Positions 26,812-38,075 of a DNA stretch of 64,000 nucleotides are shown piece after piece. The notes below the pieces were generated by a model. That model saw nothing but the letters and a program-made list of their open reading frames with translations, searched no databases and had not been told where the DNA came from. The position numbers and the translations under genes were made by a program. The stretch comes from Octopus sinensis (Eukaryota), in assembly GCF_006345805.1 (NCBI RefSeq), contig NC_042998.1:179614001-179678000 (forward strand), written 5' to 3'. Each line of letters begins with the position of its first letter. The stretch's first letter is position 1.

Positions 26812-27553
26812 GTGTAAAAATAAATACATATTCATTCAGAAACGCAACGACACGTACAGTTTCTTTCAGAAATACCCTGCAACGCTTTCCTCTTTCAATC
26901 TTTTAATTTCTTCTCTGATTCAAACCATTTATTGTACAATGTATCTGTTTTTCATTCTCTGCGTTCTTTTGTCTCTTGCTATCATTAAAAGTTATGTGTC
27001 GATATATATCTCTCCACGAGTGTAGACACACCACGCATTCACTCAAAAACTCAGACATATTCAATTGACACGTATTAAATTACATTTACACACGCCCACA
27101 TCCAAAAAACGTGTATGCATGTGTATAATATATCTATATATATACACACACACACATCTATATATATATATATATAATATATATATACACACATATATAT
27201 ATTTATACATATATATATTATATGTATAATATATATATTTATACATACATATATATATATATATTTATACATATATATATATATATATTTATACATACAT
27301 ATATATATATATATGTATATATATCTCAGAGAGAGTGAGAGAGAGCGAGAGAGAGAGAGTGCGAGAAATAGAGAGACAGAAAGAGAGAGGGATATCACAT
27401 GTGTGATAGTCTATGCGTGCATGTGTGTGAGTACATGAGCGCACGCACGTGTTTGTGTATGCAGCTTATCTCTCGACAATACTTGAAGACTTCCGAAATA
27501 ATTAGGAATAGATACGCAAACACATATTACATACGTGTTTACACATTGCCATA

Positions 27554-27619
<66 letters not shown>

Positions 27620-27724
27620 GTTATTATACATTTTAATGTATATATACACATTCTTGTAATCCCATGTATCTGTGCAAATCTGCAAAATTCCAATGTTTTC
27701 TTAGTATGTATATACGTATGCATG

Positions 27725-27777
<53 letters not shown>

Positions 27778-28245
27778 CACATATATATATAAGATGTGTG
27801 TGTAAGTATGTATGCTTATGCATGTGTAAATATATACGTGTGTATAAATATATGTCTATGCACGTACGTATGTAATTATTATGCCTACTTCCTATAAACA
27901 ATATTAAGAGAAAGAGTAGCTACAGACTTTTGTCAATGAACTTTTTCCGTTTCTCTTGTTTTCACACATATGCTTGCACTCAAAAACCTTCAATTTCATT
28001 TTTTATTCCCATCGGCAAGGATATTTATACATATTTTAATAGAATCAGTTTTACCAAATAATATTCTCTAATACTTTAAGTGATTTTTGTTCATCTCTGT
28101 CTATCTATTATTATAATTTGTTGTTTTGGGGTATATATCCTTTTAGTTCTATTGAAATTGCTTTTGTTCTTACATATTTTGTATTTTTGTGTCCCCTTTA
28201 CATATTCATAAACCTGTCTACATATATTATAACATTGTATATATA

Positions 28246-28286
<41 letters not shown>

Positions 28287-28430
28287 ATGTACACGCATAT
28301 ACATATACATATGTATGTATGTATGCTACAAGTAACGGTTTGTGATGTGTTTTCAGTTACAGTAAAACTCACTGCATATGTGTAACAGATAGTCAGAGAC
28401 AGAGAGGCAGGCAGACAGACAGACAGACAG

Positions 28431-28462
<32 letters not shown>

Positions 28463-29876
28463 AGAAGGAGAGACAAATAGAGAGAGTGAGAGAGAGAGAG
28501 AGAGAGAGGAGAAAGAGACTTCGGAAGAGATAAAAAAATCAAAAGAATATTCAAGATGGAGACATATCACAAAATCTTGCTCAGAGTTTCTTGTAATCGA
28601 TCTTCAGACAGAAACAAAACTCTTCCCAGATATGTACGTATATATGTACGTGTGTATATTGATATTGTTGTTGTTGTTTACGTTCATTCTAAAAGGTTCT
28701 ATCATTCTGCCCTTGTATCTCAGTGTTAACATATTAACTATATATACATATATATTTATTGTGTGTGTGTTTTTATTTATACACACGCATAATTGATGAA
28801 GGATTTCAGTACATTCTGAACATCTACCCTTTTACTTGAGATAGGAAAAAAATTAGCCTTTCTGTCAAGGGGTCTTTTTACTTACACTTTTACTGGGGTA
28901 GGGGAAATTTTGACGTTTCTGCATTTCTCAATCTGCTTCCACATCTTCACGAACAGTCATTTTCAAAATTTACACGCAATGAAAGATGATCCTTCTAGAA
29001 TCAACAGTAAGAGAAGCTCACCACAACAGAGATAGCACTAACATAAGCAAACAAGCTCGCAAATTATTTATCCAAATTAATTGGCAAAGAGTCGAAAAGT
29101 GACACTTTTATGCAATACAATAAACGCACTCACATACAAATGTTGAAAACTAATATAAATTTAGAAAAAAAAAAACAACTGAAATGTTCCTTATTTATTA
29201 AATTTATATAGCAGAAGGAATAAATCGATTTGATCCAGCACAAGGGAAAGAAGTTGGTAAGATATTTCACAAAGGATAGTACTTACCTCCCCAACTAGTT
29301 TGTGCAAGAAATAGAGAGAAGGAATGTAGCATACCTCTGTTTTTCAAAAAGTAGACGAGGTGAAGGTTTCATATTCTCTCGAGGGAAGAGTTAGATGATG
29401 CCTTGACAGATTTGTAGCAATATGTATTTCATTGACTGAGACAGGACATATAGAAGCATGTTCTCTGTTTAAATTTAAGACTGAGGTCAAAGCGAAAGCG
29501 AGAGATGGTTTGTCATACACCTGCGCATAGGATGGTTACGTAGTGCGTTACGTCTCAAAAACGTTAGAATCATGCCCGAGATATTTCTGTTATCAACTTT
29601 CACACAATACTACGCGTACGTGAGTAACGCAGACGTAATTTGGTGAATACATCGCATGTGCCTACAGGAATCGCTTAAAAGCTTTTTCACAACCAATCAA
29701 ATTTAAATGGCTTCATATTTCGATGTATTTACGAAAATTGTTGCTTATATGATGTTACACTGCTACGTTTCTTCAATCGTTTTGTTAAGCAAGATGAAGT
29801 TTTAAGAAGCTCCAGCTTCAATAAAATATACTTTCTATCTATCTATTTATCTATTTATCAATCTACCAACCAATTG

Positions 29877-30506
29877 TGTATCACAGAAAATTTTAAAAGT
29901 GTAAAAAGTAAGATTAGGTTTATAAGTGGAAAGAAAAGCCTAGGGAAAAGACCACGGTAACCTCAGACAGGGGGGTAATAAACACATGGGAGTGGCACTG
30001 TTTGATTCACGACTGCAGTTCGGCCTAAGAGACGAGCTGCGGGAAAGCGCGCTGCACAAACGTCGACCACACCTGTTCACCGTTGTCTATGAAGGGCCGA
30101 AGATGCCGCAGTCTCAGCGCATGTCTGCGCATCATCAACTACAGCATGCCTAGCCCTCCATTTAGCGGGTATTGACAGCAAATGGATCGCCTAGCCATCG
30201 GAACGCTTCCCTTCCACAAAAAGCGGAAGAGTATGCATTCCAGTTTATTGATGGTAGGGTTGGGACAAGGCACGACGGTCAGACGGTTATCGATGATGGA
30301 TGCGATGTACGCGTTCGACACCTCCGCCCGACATTTTAGGGATAGCTTCCTCTCGGCCCATTGCTGGGTGAGAGTAGCCACCCTAGTGGTTTTTTTTTTC
30401 TCACGATCCCTTTTCATCGGAATTTCATTTTTCTCCTTTTTTCCGAAAAGCTCTACATTGTATTTTATCCCTTCTGTGTTCGGCCCTGTGTGGTTAATAA
30501 AGAAAC
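29877..30506. mobile_element. Third Tx1-like copy: inverted 5' segment (29877-~30389, minus) joined to a sense 3' end (~30401-30506)
   Basis: 30001-30389 is the reverse complement of the ~33725-34112 region (WAERKLSLK...FRFLWKG...GGLGM); 29877-30000 is the reverse complement of the 3'UTR; 30403-30506 is the sense 3' terminus ending AATAAAGAAAC. Confidence 0.9.
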
Positions 30507-30666
30507 TTATCTGCCAATCTGCCAATGTATCTACCAATCTACCTACTATCTACCAGTCTATCCAACTAACTATCTACCAATCTACCAACCTATCTATCTA
30601 CCTATCTGCCAATCTATCTATCTTTCTATCTCACTATCTACTAATCTATCTACCTATCTACCAAAC

Positions 30667-31801
30667 TATGAGGATTAGTGGAGGGAGGTGCGACGATATT
30701 CTTGGTCAGAATCTGGGCGTCGACGAGGAACACCTGACCCACCTGTTCAGGACAAATTTCGGCCCGGGATCTATGGACAATACCCTGAGATCCCTGGCCT
30801 GGCAGTGTTATCGAGATAAGCTCTACAGGCACGGTTCGAGACACACCGTTCGGGATAAGCTCTACAGGCACGGTTCGAGACACACCGTTCGGGATAAGCT
30901 CAACAGGCACGGTTCGAGACACACCGTCCGGGATAAGCTCAACAGGCACGGTTCGAGACACACCGTTCGGGATAAGCTCAACAGGCACGGTTCGAGACAC
31001 ACCGTTCGGGATAAGCTCTACAGGCACAGTTCGAGACACAACGGACCGACTTGCCCGAGTTGCGGTCAGAGCGACGAATCTGTTATGCACGCACTCGTGC
31101 AATGTCTAATCATTTCGGACCTGTGGGCTTATGCCGATCGGCTGCTATCACGTGTGGGACAAGTTCACTTGTCTGCCGAGTCTATCATGAAAATTGCTCC
31201 GACACCTTCCCTTAACCGAGAAGGCATAGCAGTCTTCATCGTGCTGGTAGCCATGGTGAACATGGTGAAAGAATGTGTGGTGGACTCGAGCGAAAGGTTT
31301 AGAGACAAACACTTTCCTCTCTGGCCAATCGCTCATCAACTTTTTCAAATTCCACTTGAAAAGGAAGGTGAGAATAGAACAAGTTTTGTCTCGTGAAAGT
31401 TTCAATAAAAGATGGGTGAATGTAGCAAAGATGGTGCGTGTGAGCGACGAAACCACTTTGAGCTTGATCCTGTAAATCGAAGAGAGAGAGAGAGGAGGGG
31501 GGAGAGAGAGGGGAAGAGAGGGAGACAGACAGACAGAGAGACAGAGAGAGAGAGAAACAGAGACAGCACTTTGCTCTCATGTATTTTTCCCTCCGTGCCT
31601 GAGGTTGCCGTGCTCTTTTCCGAAGGCCTTCCTTCCCACGGATAAACTTAATCTTTCTTTTAACATTTTTAATATTTTCTGTGATGTACGATCCCTTTTG
31701 ATCGGAATTTTATTTTTCTCCTTTTTTCTATTTTCAAAAAGAAAAACTCTACATTGTATTTTGTCCCCTCTGTGTTCGGCCCTGTATGGCTATAAAGAAA
31801 C
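30667..31801 (+). mobile_element. Second, shorter 3' copy of the same Tx1-like LINE family (ORF2 C-terminus + 3'UTR)
   Basis: Collinear with 34218-35256 (RSLAWQCYR, CPSCGQSDESVMHALVQC zinc knuckle, KGLETNTFLSGQSLINFF); ends TATAAAGAAAC before a CTAT array. Confidence 0.93.
30812..31040 (+). repeat. 39-bp tandem repeat (5 full units + 1 partial) inside LINE copy 2
   Basis: Unit CGGGATAAGCTC(T/A)ACAGGCACGGTTCGAGACACACCGTT, head-to-tail with no spacers; reads RDKL(Y/N)RHGSRHTV in frame; present only once in the 34384-34418 copy. Confidence 0.97.
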
Positions 31802-31839
31802 GTAACTACCAATCTATCTACCCATCTATCTACCAATCA

Positions 31840-31920
<81 letters not shown>

Positions 31921-32035
31921 CCAATCTATCTATCTACCAATCAATCTATCTATCTACCAGGTGGTGCTATTAAGTTAGACATGGCCTGGGCCAATAATGG
32001 CCGAAACCTATCAAAGTATCAAAGTATCTATCTAT

Positions 32036-34844
32036 CTGTAGGACAGTAGATAGAGATAGCATAGGATGTCCACAATTCCACATAGTCAGCTACACGGATC
32101 ACAAACTTGTGACATGTACGCTAGACTTAGGTAAGACACTTAGGCAGGGTCCCGGATACTGGAAACTAAACGCGTCTTTCCCATCGAGACAAGTTTCAGA
32201 GACCGGATTAGCACACTAGTAAAGAGGGCTTGACGGGAGCCATCATCAACAACAAATGGTGGTTTGCCCTCAAGAGAGCAGTAAAAGCAGAAGCGATTAG
32301 GTACAGCAAAGCACTAGCCATAGATAGAAATAGAGTAGAGGGTGAGCTAGTTAAGAAGCTAGAAGAGGCAATTAGAAGCGGCATCGCATCCGACGTTTTT
32401 GCGGCGAGGTTGGCCCTCGACAACACTTCAACGCCAAACACGAAGGATGTGCTGTCAGAGCTAGGATGCGTGCTCTAAGGAACGAAGGTGTTGGAGCCGC
32501 GAGAGAGGCTCGGTGGCAGAGGCGCAACAGGGCAACAAAGCCACCATTCGGTCACTGGTAGATGAACGGGCGCGAATTGCTCGAGCCAAGTAAAATGTGT
32601 GAGGCCTTTCAGCAGCATTTTGCCCGACTGTTCGGAACGAGTGGAGGGCAAGAACGTAGGGTGGACTTCATTGCCTACCTACATAGCCTACCACGACTCT
32701 CGACAAGAAAGGCAGGGTGCTGCGAAGGTGCCATCACGGCGCGGAAGTGCAGGAAGCGATGGCAGAATGCTCGAGGGACAAATCACCGGGTTTGGATGGT
32801 CTACCCTACGAGCTTTACAATTGTATTGCCAGACTTGTTTGGAGATCTCTTGCGGCGGTGTACTGCAACTGGCAGCAAAACGGGAGCATTCCTGGTTTTG
32901 TGAGCCGAGGAGCCGTAACACTGCTGAAGAAAGATCTAAACAAGGGAAATGTAATAGATAACTTTAGGCCCATCACTCTGCTTAATGCAGACTTGAAAAT
33001 TTTGGCAAGGTGCTAGCCAAGAGGTTGGCGCTTGTCATCGAGAAACTGGTCGACAAGGCGCAAACATGCGCCGTGCCAGGCCGGACCATCCATGACAACC
33101 CCATCTGATGCGCTACATCATAGACAGGGTAGTTAACGAACTGGCATGGGTGGGGCCCTGATCAACTTGGATCAATCAAAAGCCTTTGATAGGGTAGACC
33201 ATCGATACTTGGAGGCAGTCCATGAGAGCGGCTGGTTTCGGTCCGTCTTCCGCGGCTGGATAGCTGCCTTGTACAGAGGCATCCGTTCGGTAATTCGCGT
33301 AAATGGACATCTATCGAGACCGTCGACATTGCACGTTCGGTCCGTCAGGGATGCCCCCTCTCGGCGCTTCTATACGTATTGACTCTTGAGCCACTACTGC
33401 GGAAGCTGGCGACTCTAAGGGGCATCCCGCGAGAATTGGGATGCGGGACGAGCGTGTCTGCATACGCGGACGACGTCACCGTCATAGTGTCTAGCCACGA
33501 GCACATCGAGCTGGTCGGCGAGACACTGAAAAACTACGAAGCGGTGACAGGAGCGAAAATCAACCGGGAAAAGTCAGTGGGCTTGCGACTAGGCACCTGG
33601 AGAAGCAAGCCCATGCCGTCCACCAGCGCCTCCGTCGTGGGACGCTGGACCGACGGCCCGGTTGAGTTGCTCGGGGTCTGGTTTGGTCCGGACCTCCAAG
33701 TGGAGAAGAACTGGAACGAGATAACGAGTAGGGTGGTCACTCTCGCCCGGCAATGGGCCGAGAGGAAACTGTCCCTAAAAGGTCGAGCGGAGGTGGCGAA
33801 CACGTACATCGCGTCCGTCATCTTACTACCGCCTGACCGTCGTACCTTGTCCCGACCTACCATCACCAAACTACAACGCATCCTCTTTCGCTTCTTGTGG
33901 AAAGGATGCGTCCCGATGGTCAGGCGATCCATTTGCTGTCAACACCCGTTAAAAGGAGGGCTGGGCATGCCGTGGTTGATGATGCGCAGACACGCGCTGA
34001 GACTGCGACATCTCTGGCTCTATGTAGACGACGGTGAACAGGTGTGGTCGCCGTTTGTGAGGCACGCTTCCCGCAGCTCGTCTCCATGACCGAACTGCAG
34101 TCGTGGATCCAAAAAGAGGCCGAGGAAGGGCGAATGGCACCGCGAGTGTCGCGTTGCTCTCAAGCAACTCTGCCGTCCTGGGTCGACCTTAAGTGACTTC
34201 AACACAACCAAAGCATTCTATAGGGGTTTAGTGGAGGGGAGGTACGACGACGAGCTCGGGGCGAACCTGGACGTCGACGAGGAGTACCTGACCCGCCTGT
34301 TCGGGACGACTTTCGGGCCAGGGCCCATGGACAACTTCCAGAGATCCCTGGCCTGGCAGTGCTACCGAGAAGCGCTACCCGTTCGGGATAAGCTCTACAG
34401 ACACGGCTCGAGAAACACACGGGCCGACCTGCTCGAGATGCGGTCAGAGCGACGAAACCGTTCTGCACGCACTCGTCAGTGTCCAACAATTTCCGACCTG
34501 TGGGCTTATGTCGAACAACTGCGTCACGTGTGGGACGAGTCGGTTTATCAGCTGAGTCTATCGTCAATATTGTCACGCCTCCTTCCTTCAAACGGAAGGA
34601 GAGCTATTTTCATCATCCTTGTGGCTATGGCGAAAAATGTATCTGGTGGACGCGTCTGAAAGGATTGGAGACAAACACTTTCCTCTCTGGTCAATCTCTC
34701 ATCAACTTCTTCAAGTACCACTTGAAAAGGAAAGTGAGAGTAGAGAGGCAAGTTTTGTCTAGCGAATGTTTTAAAAAAAGATGGGTGAATGTAGCAAGAA
34801 TGGCACGTATGAATGACGAAGCCACCTTGAGCATAGTCCTATGA
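32036..34844 (+). pseudogene. Disrupted ORF2 (endonuclease/reverse transcriptase) of the Tx1-like LINE
   Basis: ORF-track pieces 32230-32478, 32562-32903, 32717-33016, 33146-33382, 33379-34089, 34231-34659 and 34479-34844 tile one RT protein with many frameshifts; stop at 34842-34844. Confidence 0.9.
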
Positions 34845-35256
34845 ACCCAGAAATCGAAAACAGAGAGTTGCTTATTTGAAAAAAAAAAAAAAAAAAAAAA
34901 GAAATATAAAATGTGACTTCATTGCCGAGGTTACCGTGGTCTTTTCCGCAGGCTTTTCTTTCCACGGGTAAACCTCACCTGTCCTCCCCTTTACACTTCA
35001 TATTGACATTTCTGTGATAACGATCCCTATTGATCATTTTTTTTCCTCTCCCCCCCCCTTTTTTTTTTTTTTTTTTAACCCCCCTTATTTTTGTCCTCTT
35101 TCTCTCCTTTTACGATCCCTTTTGATCGAACCTCCCCCTTCCCTTTTTTTTTTTTTTTTTTCTTTCTTTTTTTTTTTTTTTAATACCTTCAAAAGAAAAG
35201 CTCTACCTTGTAATTTGTTCTATCTGTGTGCAGCCCTGTGTGGCTAATAAAGAAAC
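32036..35256 (+). mobile_element. 5'-truncated L1/Tx1-clade non-LTR retrotransposon (end of APE endonuclease, RT, C-terminal zinc knuckle, 3'UTR), frameshifted
   Basis: Motifs in order across frames: YTDHKLV and PGYWKLNAS (APE C-terminus, ~32091-32177), KSPGLDGLPYELY, NFRPITLLNADLKILA, LINLDQSKAFDRVDH, SVRQGCPLS, AYADDVT, GAKINREKS, LSLKGR, FRFLWKG, GGLGMP. GC-rich relative to the flanks. T-rich 3'UTR ends AATAAAGAAAC, followed by (CTAT)n. Confidence 0.95.
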
Positions 35257-35776
35257 ATATCTATCTACCAATCAATCTATCTATCTACCAATCAATCTAT
35301 CTACCAATCAATCTATCTATCTACCAATCAATCTATCTACCAATCAATCAATCTATCTATCTATCTATCTATCTATCACCTATCTATCTATCTACCTACC
35401 TACCACTCTATCTTCCTATCTACCTATCTACATCATCTAAAGTTAACAATGTGTCATATGTATCACGTGCATCATATGTGAGTATGTATAGATACATACG
35501 TACAAATAAACATGCACATACAAACATGTACACACATGTACACACATACATACACATATAACCGACTCACATATATATATCCCTTTAATATATGTTTGTG
35601 AACAAAACTTTACACATATACATCTACTATTTCCTCTTCTTTATCGCAGTTGTTTATTGCTTTGTTTTTCATAAAGTATTCTCTAACTCTTCTGGCAATT
35701 TATTAGTTTTTCATCATTTGAGATAAAAACAAAATTGAAATGAAAAATTATTTGAGACCAATGAAAATAAATCAAA

Positions 35777-35779
<3 letters not shown>

Positions 35780-35834
<55 letters not shown>
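35780..35834. repeat. (AAT)n microsatellite
   Basis: About 18 perfect units. Confidence 0.98.
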
Positions 35835-35837
<3 letters not shown>

Positions 35838-36022
35838 TGCATTTCTTTAACACAGTCACGTGGATACTGTTGTCTTGTTTTCCTCCTGGCAAGGAAGGAA
35901 TTGATAATTTTTTTGTCTTAGGACACAGGAAAGAAATGAAATAACAAATAATACTGCCTATTCAATATATTCTATTTTTACAAATACACATGAATGTAGG
36001 TGTGTACATATAGAAGCACTCA

Positions 36023-36053
<31 letters not shown>

Positions 36054-36399
36054 CACACACACACACACACACACGTACACACGTACGAAGATCAGGGGGG
36101 AAAAGAGAATACCTACACTGAACTATTGAGAAATCTGCAAATCTGCAGTTACTCTATCCAGATTACAAGTTCAGGTTTATACCTGTAATTATTGGGGCCC
36201 AGGGATAGGTAATACACTTCCTAAATACCAGTCTTGAGAAATTAGGCTTCAACGTTTCGAAAATTAGTTTTTCATTAGAAAAGTCACAGTGAGAAAGGTA
36301 CCCACAAACACATGCTTCACAAACATAAAACAAGCTAGTCAAGACGTCTCTATCTCAATATATTCTTTCCTGTTCTCCGACTCTGTCTGTCTCTCTCTA

Positions 36400-36483
<84 letters not shown>

Positions 36484-36599
36484 CATCTATCTATGTACCT
36501 ATCTATCTAATTACCGTATATATCTGTAAAACCTGGCATATAAAAGGAATATCTTTTCTCAAATGTTCGTGAAGTCTATATGTTTTGTTCATCTATCAT

Positions 36600-36790
36600 C
36601 TTATAAGACTTATGATCGAAAGGTATTCTAGTTATGGCCCTCGCCTCTAATATTTTTCAGATACAGTCCAGCAAAATCTCTTTATCTATTATGCTCCTTT
36701 CTTTAAAGATGGTAAGGTGTAATTTATAGGAAATTTGACTGGTATTTCTAGCAGAATGAGCCACTACTGCGAGCCCCTCCCTAGCTGGCT
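36600..36790 (+). repeat. Old dispersed repeat (core GATTTGGCTGCTATTTCTAGCAG-like)
   Basis: Similar segments at ~3405-3435, 15925-15975, 38755-38800(-), 45595-45640, 63065-63105 and 63245-63290(-). Confidence 0.65.
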
Positions 36791-37244
36791 CGTCTCACGA
36801 GATGTAATTTTCCCAGGTGTCAGCAGTTTGTAGTATTAGTCTTATGCATCGCTTCGATTTGTAACGTAGCTTAAATTTTCAAACACGCCAACATGAATTT
36901 TTGAGGTAGGAATTCCAATCTGGCTGATGATGAAGGCAATAATTCAGTAAACAGTAGAGATAGATAAATAAATAGATCATAATTGGTTGATTATCGGCCG
37001 AGGTCAGACATAATAATTCCAAGTGGTGTACTTTCGGCATTCACTAGAAACATAAGCAAAATTAAAAAGCGCTTATGGCGTCTGAACTGGACTCAGAGAC
37101 ATTATTATAATCAGGGTAAACACGAGAAATGCTTCACATTATTGATTGCAAGATAAAGAAGGAAAAGGCCGACACTGACCAAAAATTAGTCCGTCTACAT
37201 TATACACACACACACAACTAAATACACGTATACACACCCATATC

Positions 37245-37500
37245 TATATATGTGTGTGTGTGTATATATATGTATGTGTGTTTATATATATATACATGTA
37301 TGTGTGTGTGTATATATATATATACATGTATGTGTGTGTATACATATATGCATGTGCGTGTATATATATATATATACATGTATGTGTGTGTATACATATA
37401 TGCATGTGCGTGTATATATATATATATCTATGTATATAATATAGGTATGTATATATATATATATAGGTATGTAATATATATATATAGGTGATATATATGG

Positions 37501-37539
<39 letters not shown>

Positions 37540-37614
37540 TAATATATATATATATTATATAATATATATATAGGTCTGTATATAGATATATATATATATA
37601 TATATAATATATAA

Positions 37615-37651
<37 letters not shown>

Positions 37652-37802
37652 AATATATATATATAGGTATGTATATATATATATTATATATATATAGGTA
37701 TGTATATATATATAATATATATATATAGGAGGTATATACTATATTATATATATATAGATTATATATATAGGTATGTATATATATATATTATATAATATAT
37801 AG

Positions 37803-37835
<33 letters not shown>

Positions 37836-38023
37836 GTATGTATATATATATAGATATAATATATATATATATATATAGGTATGTATATATATATATATAT
37901 ATATAGGTATATATATATATATATATATACGTGTGTCTATATATATATATATATACGTATGTATATAAATATATATATATATATATATATAATATATATA
38001 TATATATATTATAGTTTAATTAT

Positions 38024-38075
<52 letters not shown>
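37245..38075. repeat. Compound (TA)n/(TG)n tract with recurring ATAGGTATG higher-order unit
   Basis: Direct reading of the sequence. Confidence 0.95.

Noticed and set aside
30812-31040. CRISPR-like array (39-bp period)
   Set aside because: Units are head-to-tail with no unique spacers, derive from LINE ORF2, and there are no cas genes; the context is eukaryotic.
30182-31396. 404-aa ORF as a real gene
   Set aside because: Chance read-through of antisense LINE sequence, a CTAT microsatellite and a LINE fragment.
31983-32012. Hammerhead remnant (CTG-GGCC..GGCC-GAAA)
   Set aside because: The CUGANGA core is incomplete; too little sequence to call.
37440-37910. Repeated TAG|GTATG as recursive splice sites
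   Set aside because: Part of a TA minisatellite unit with no polypyrimidine tract.
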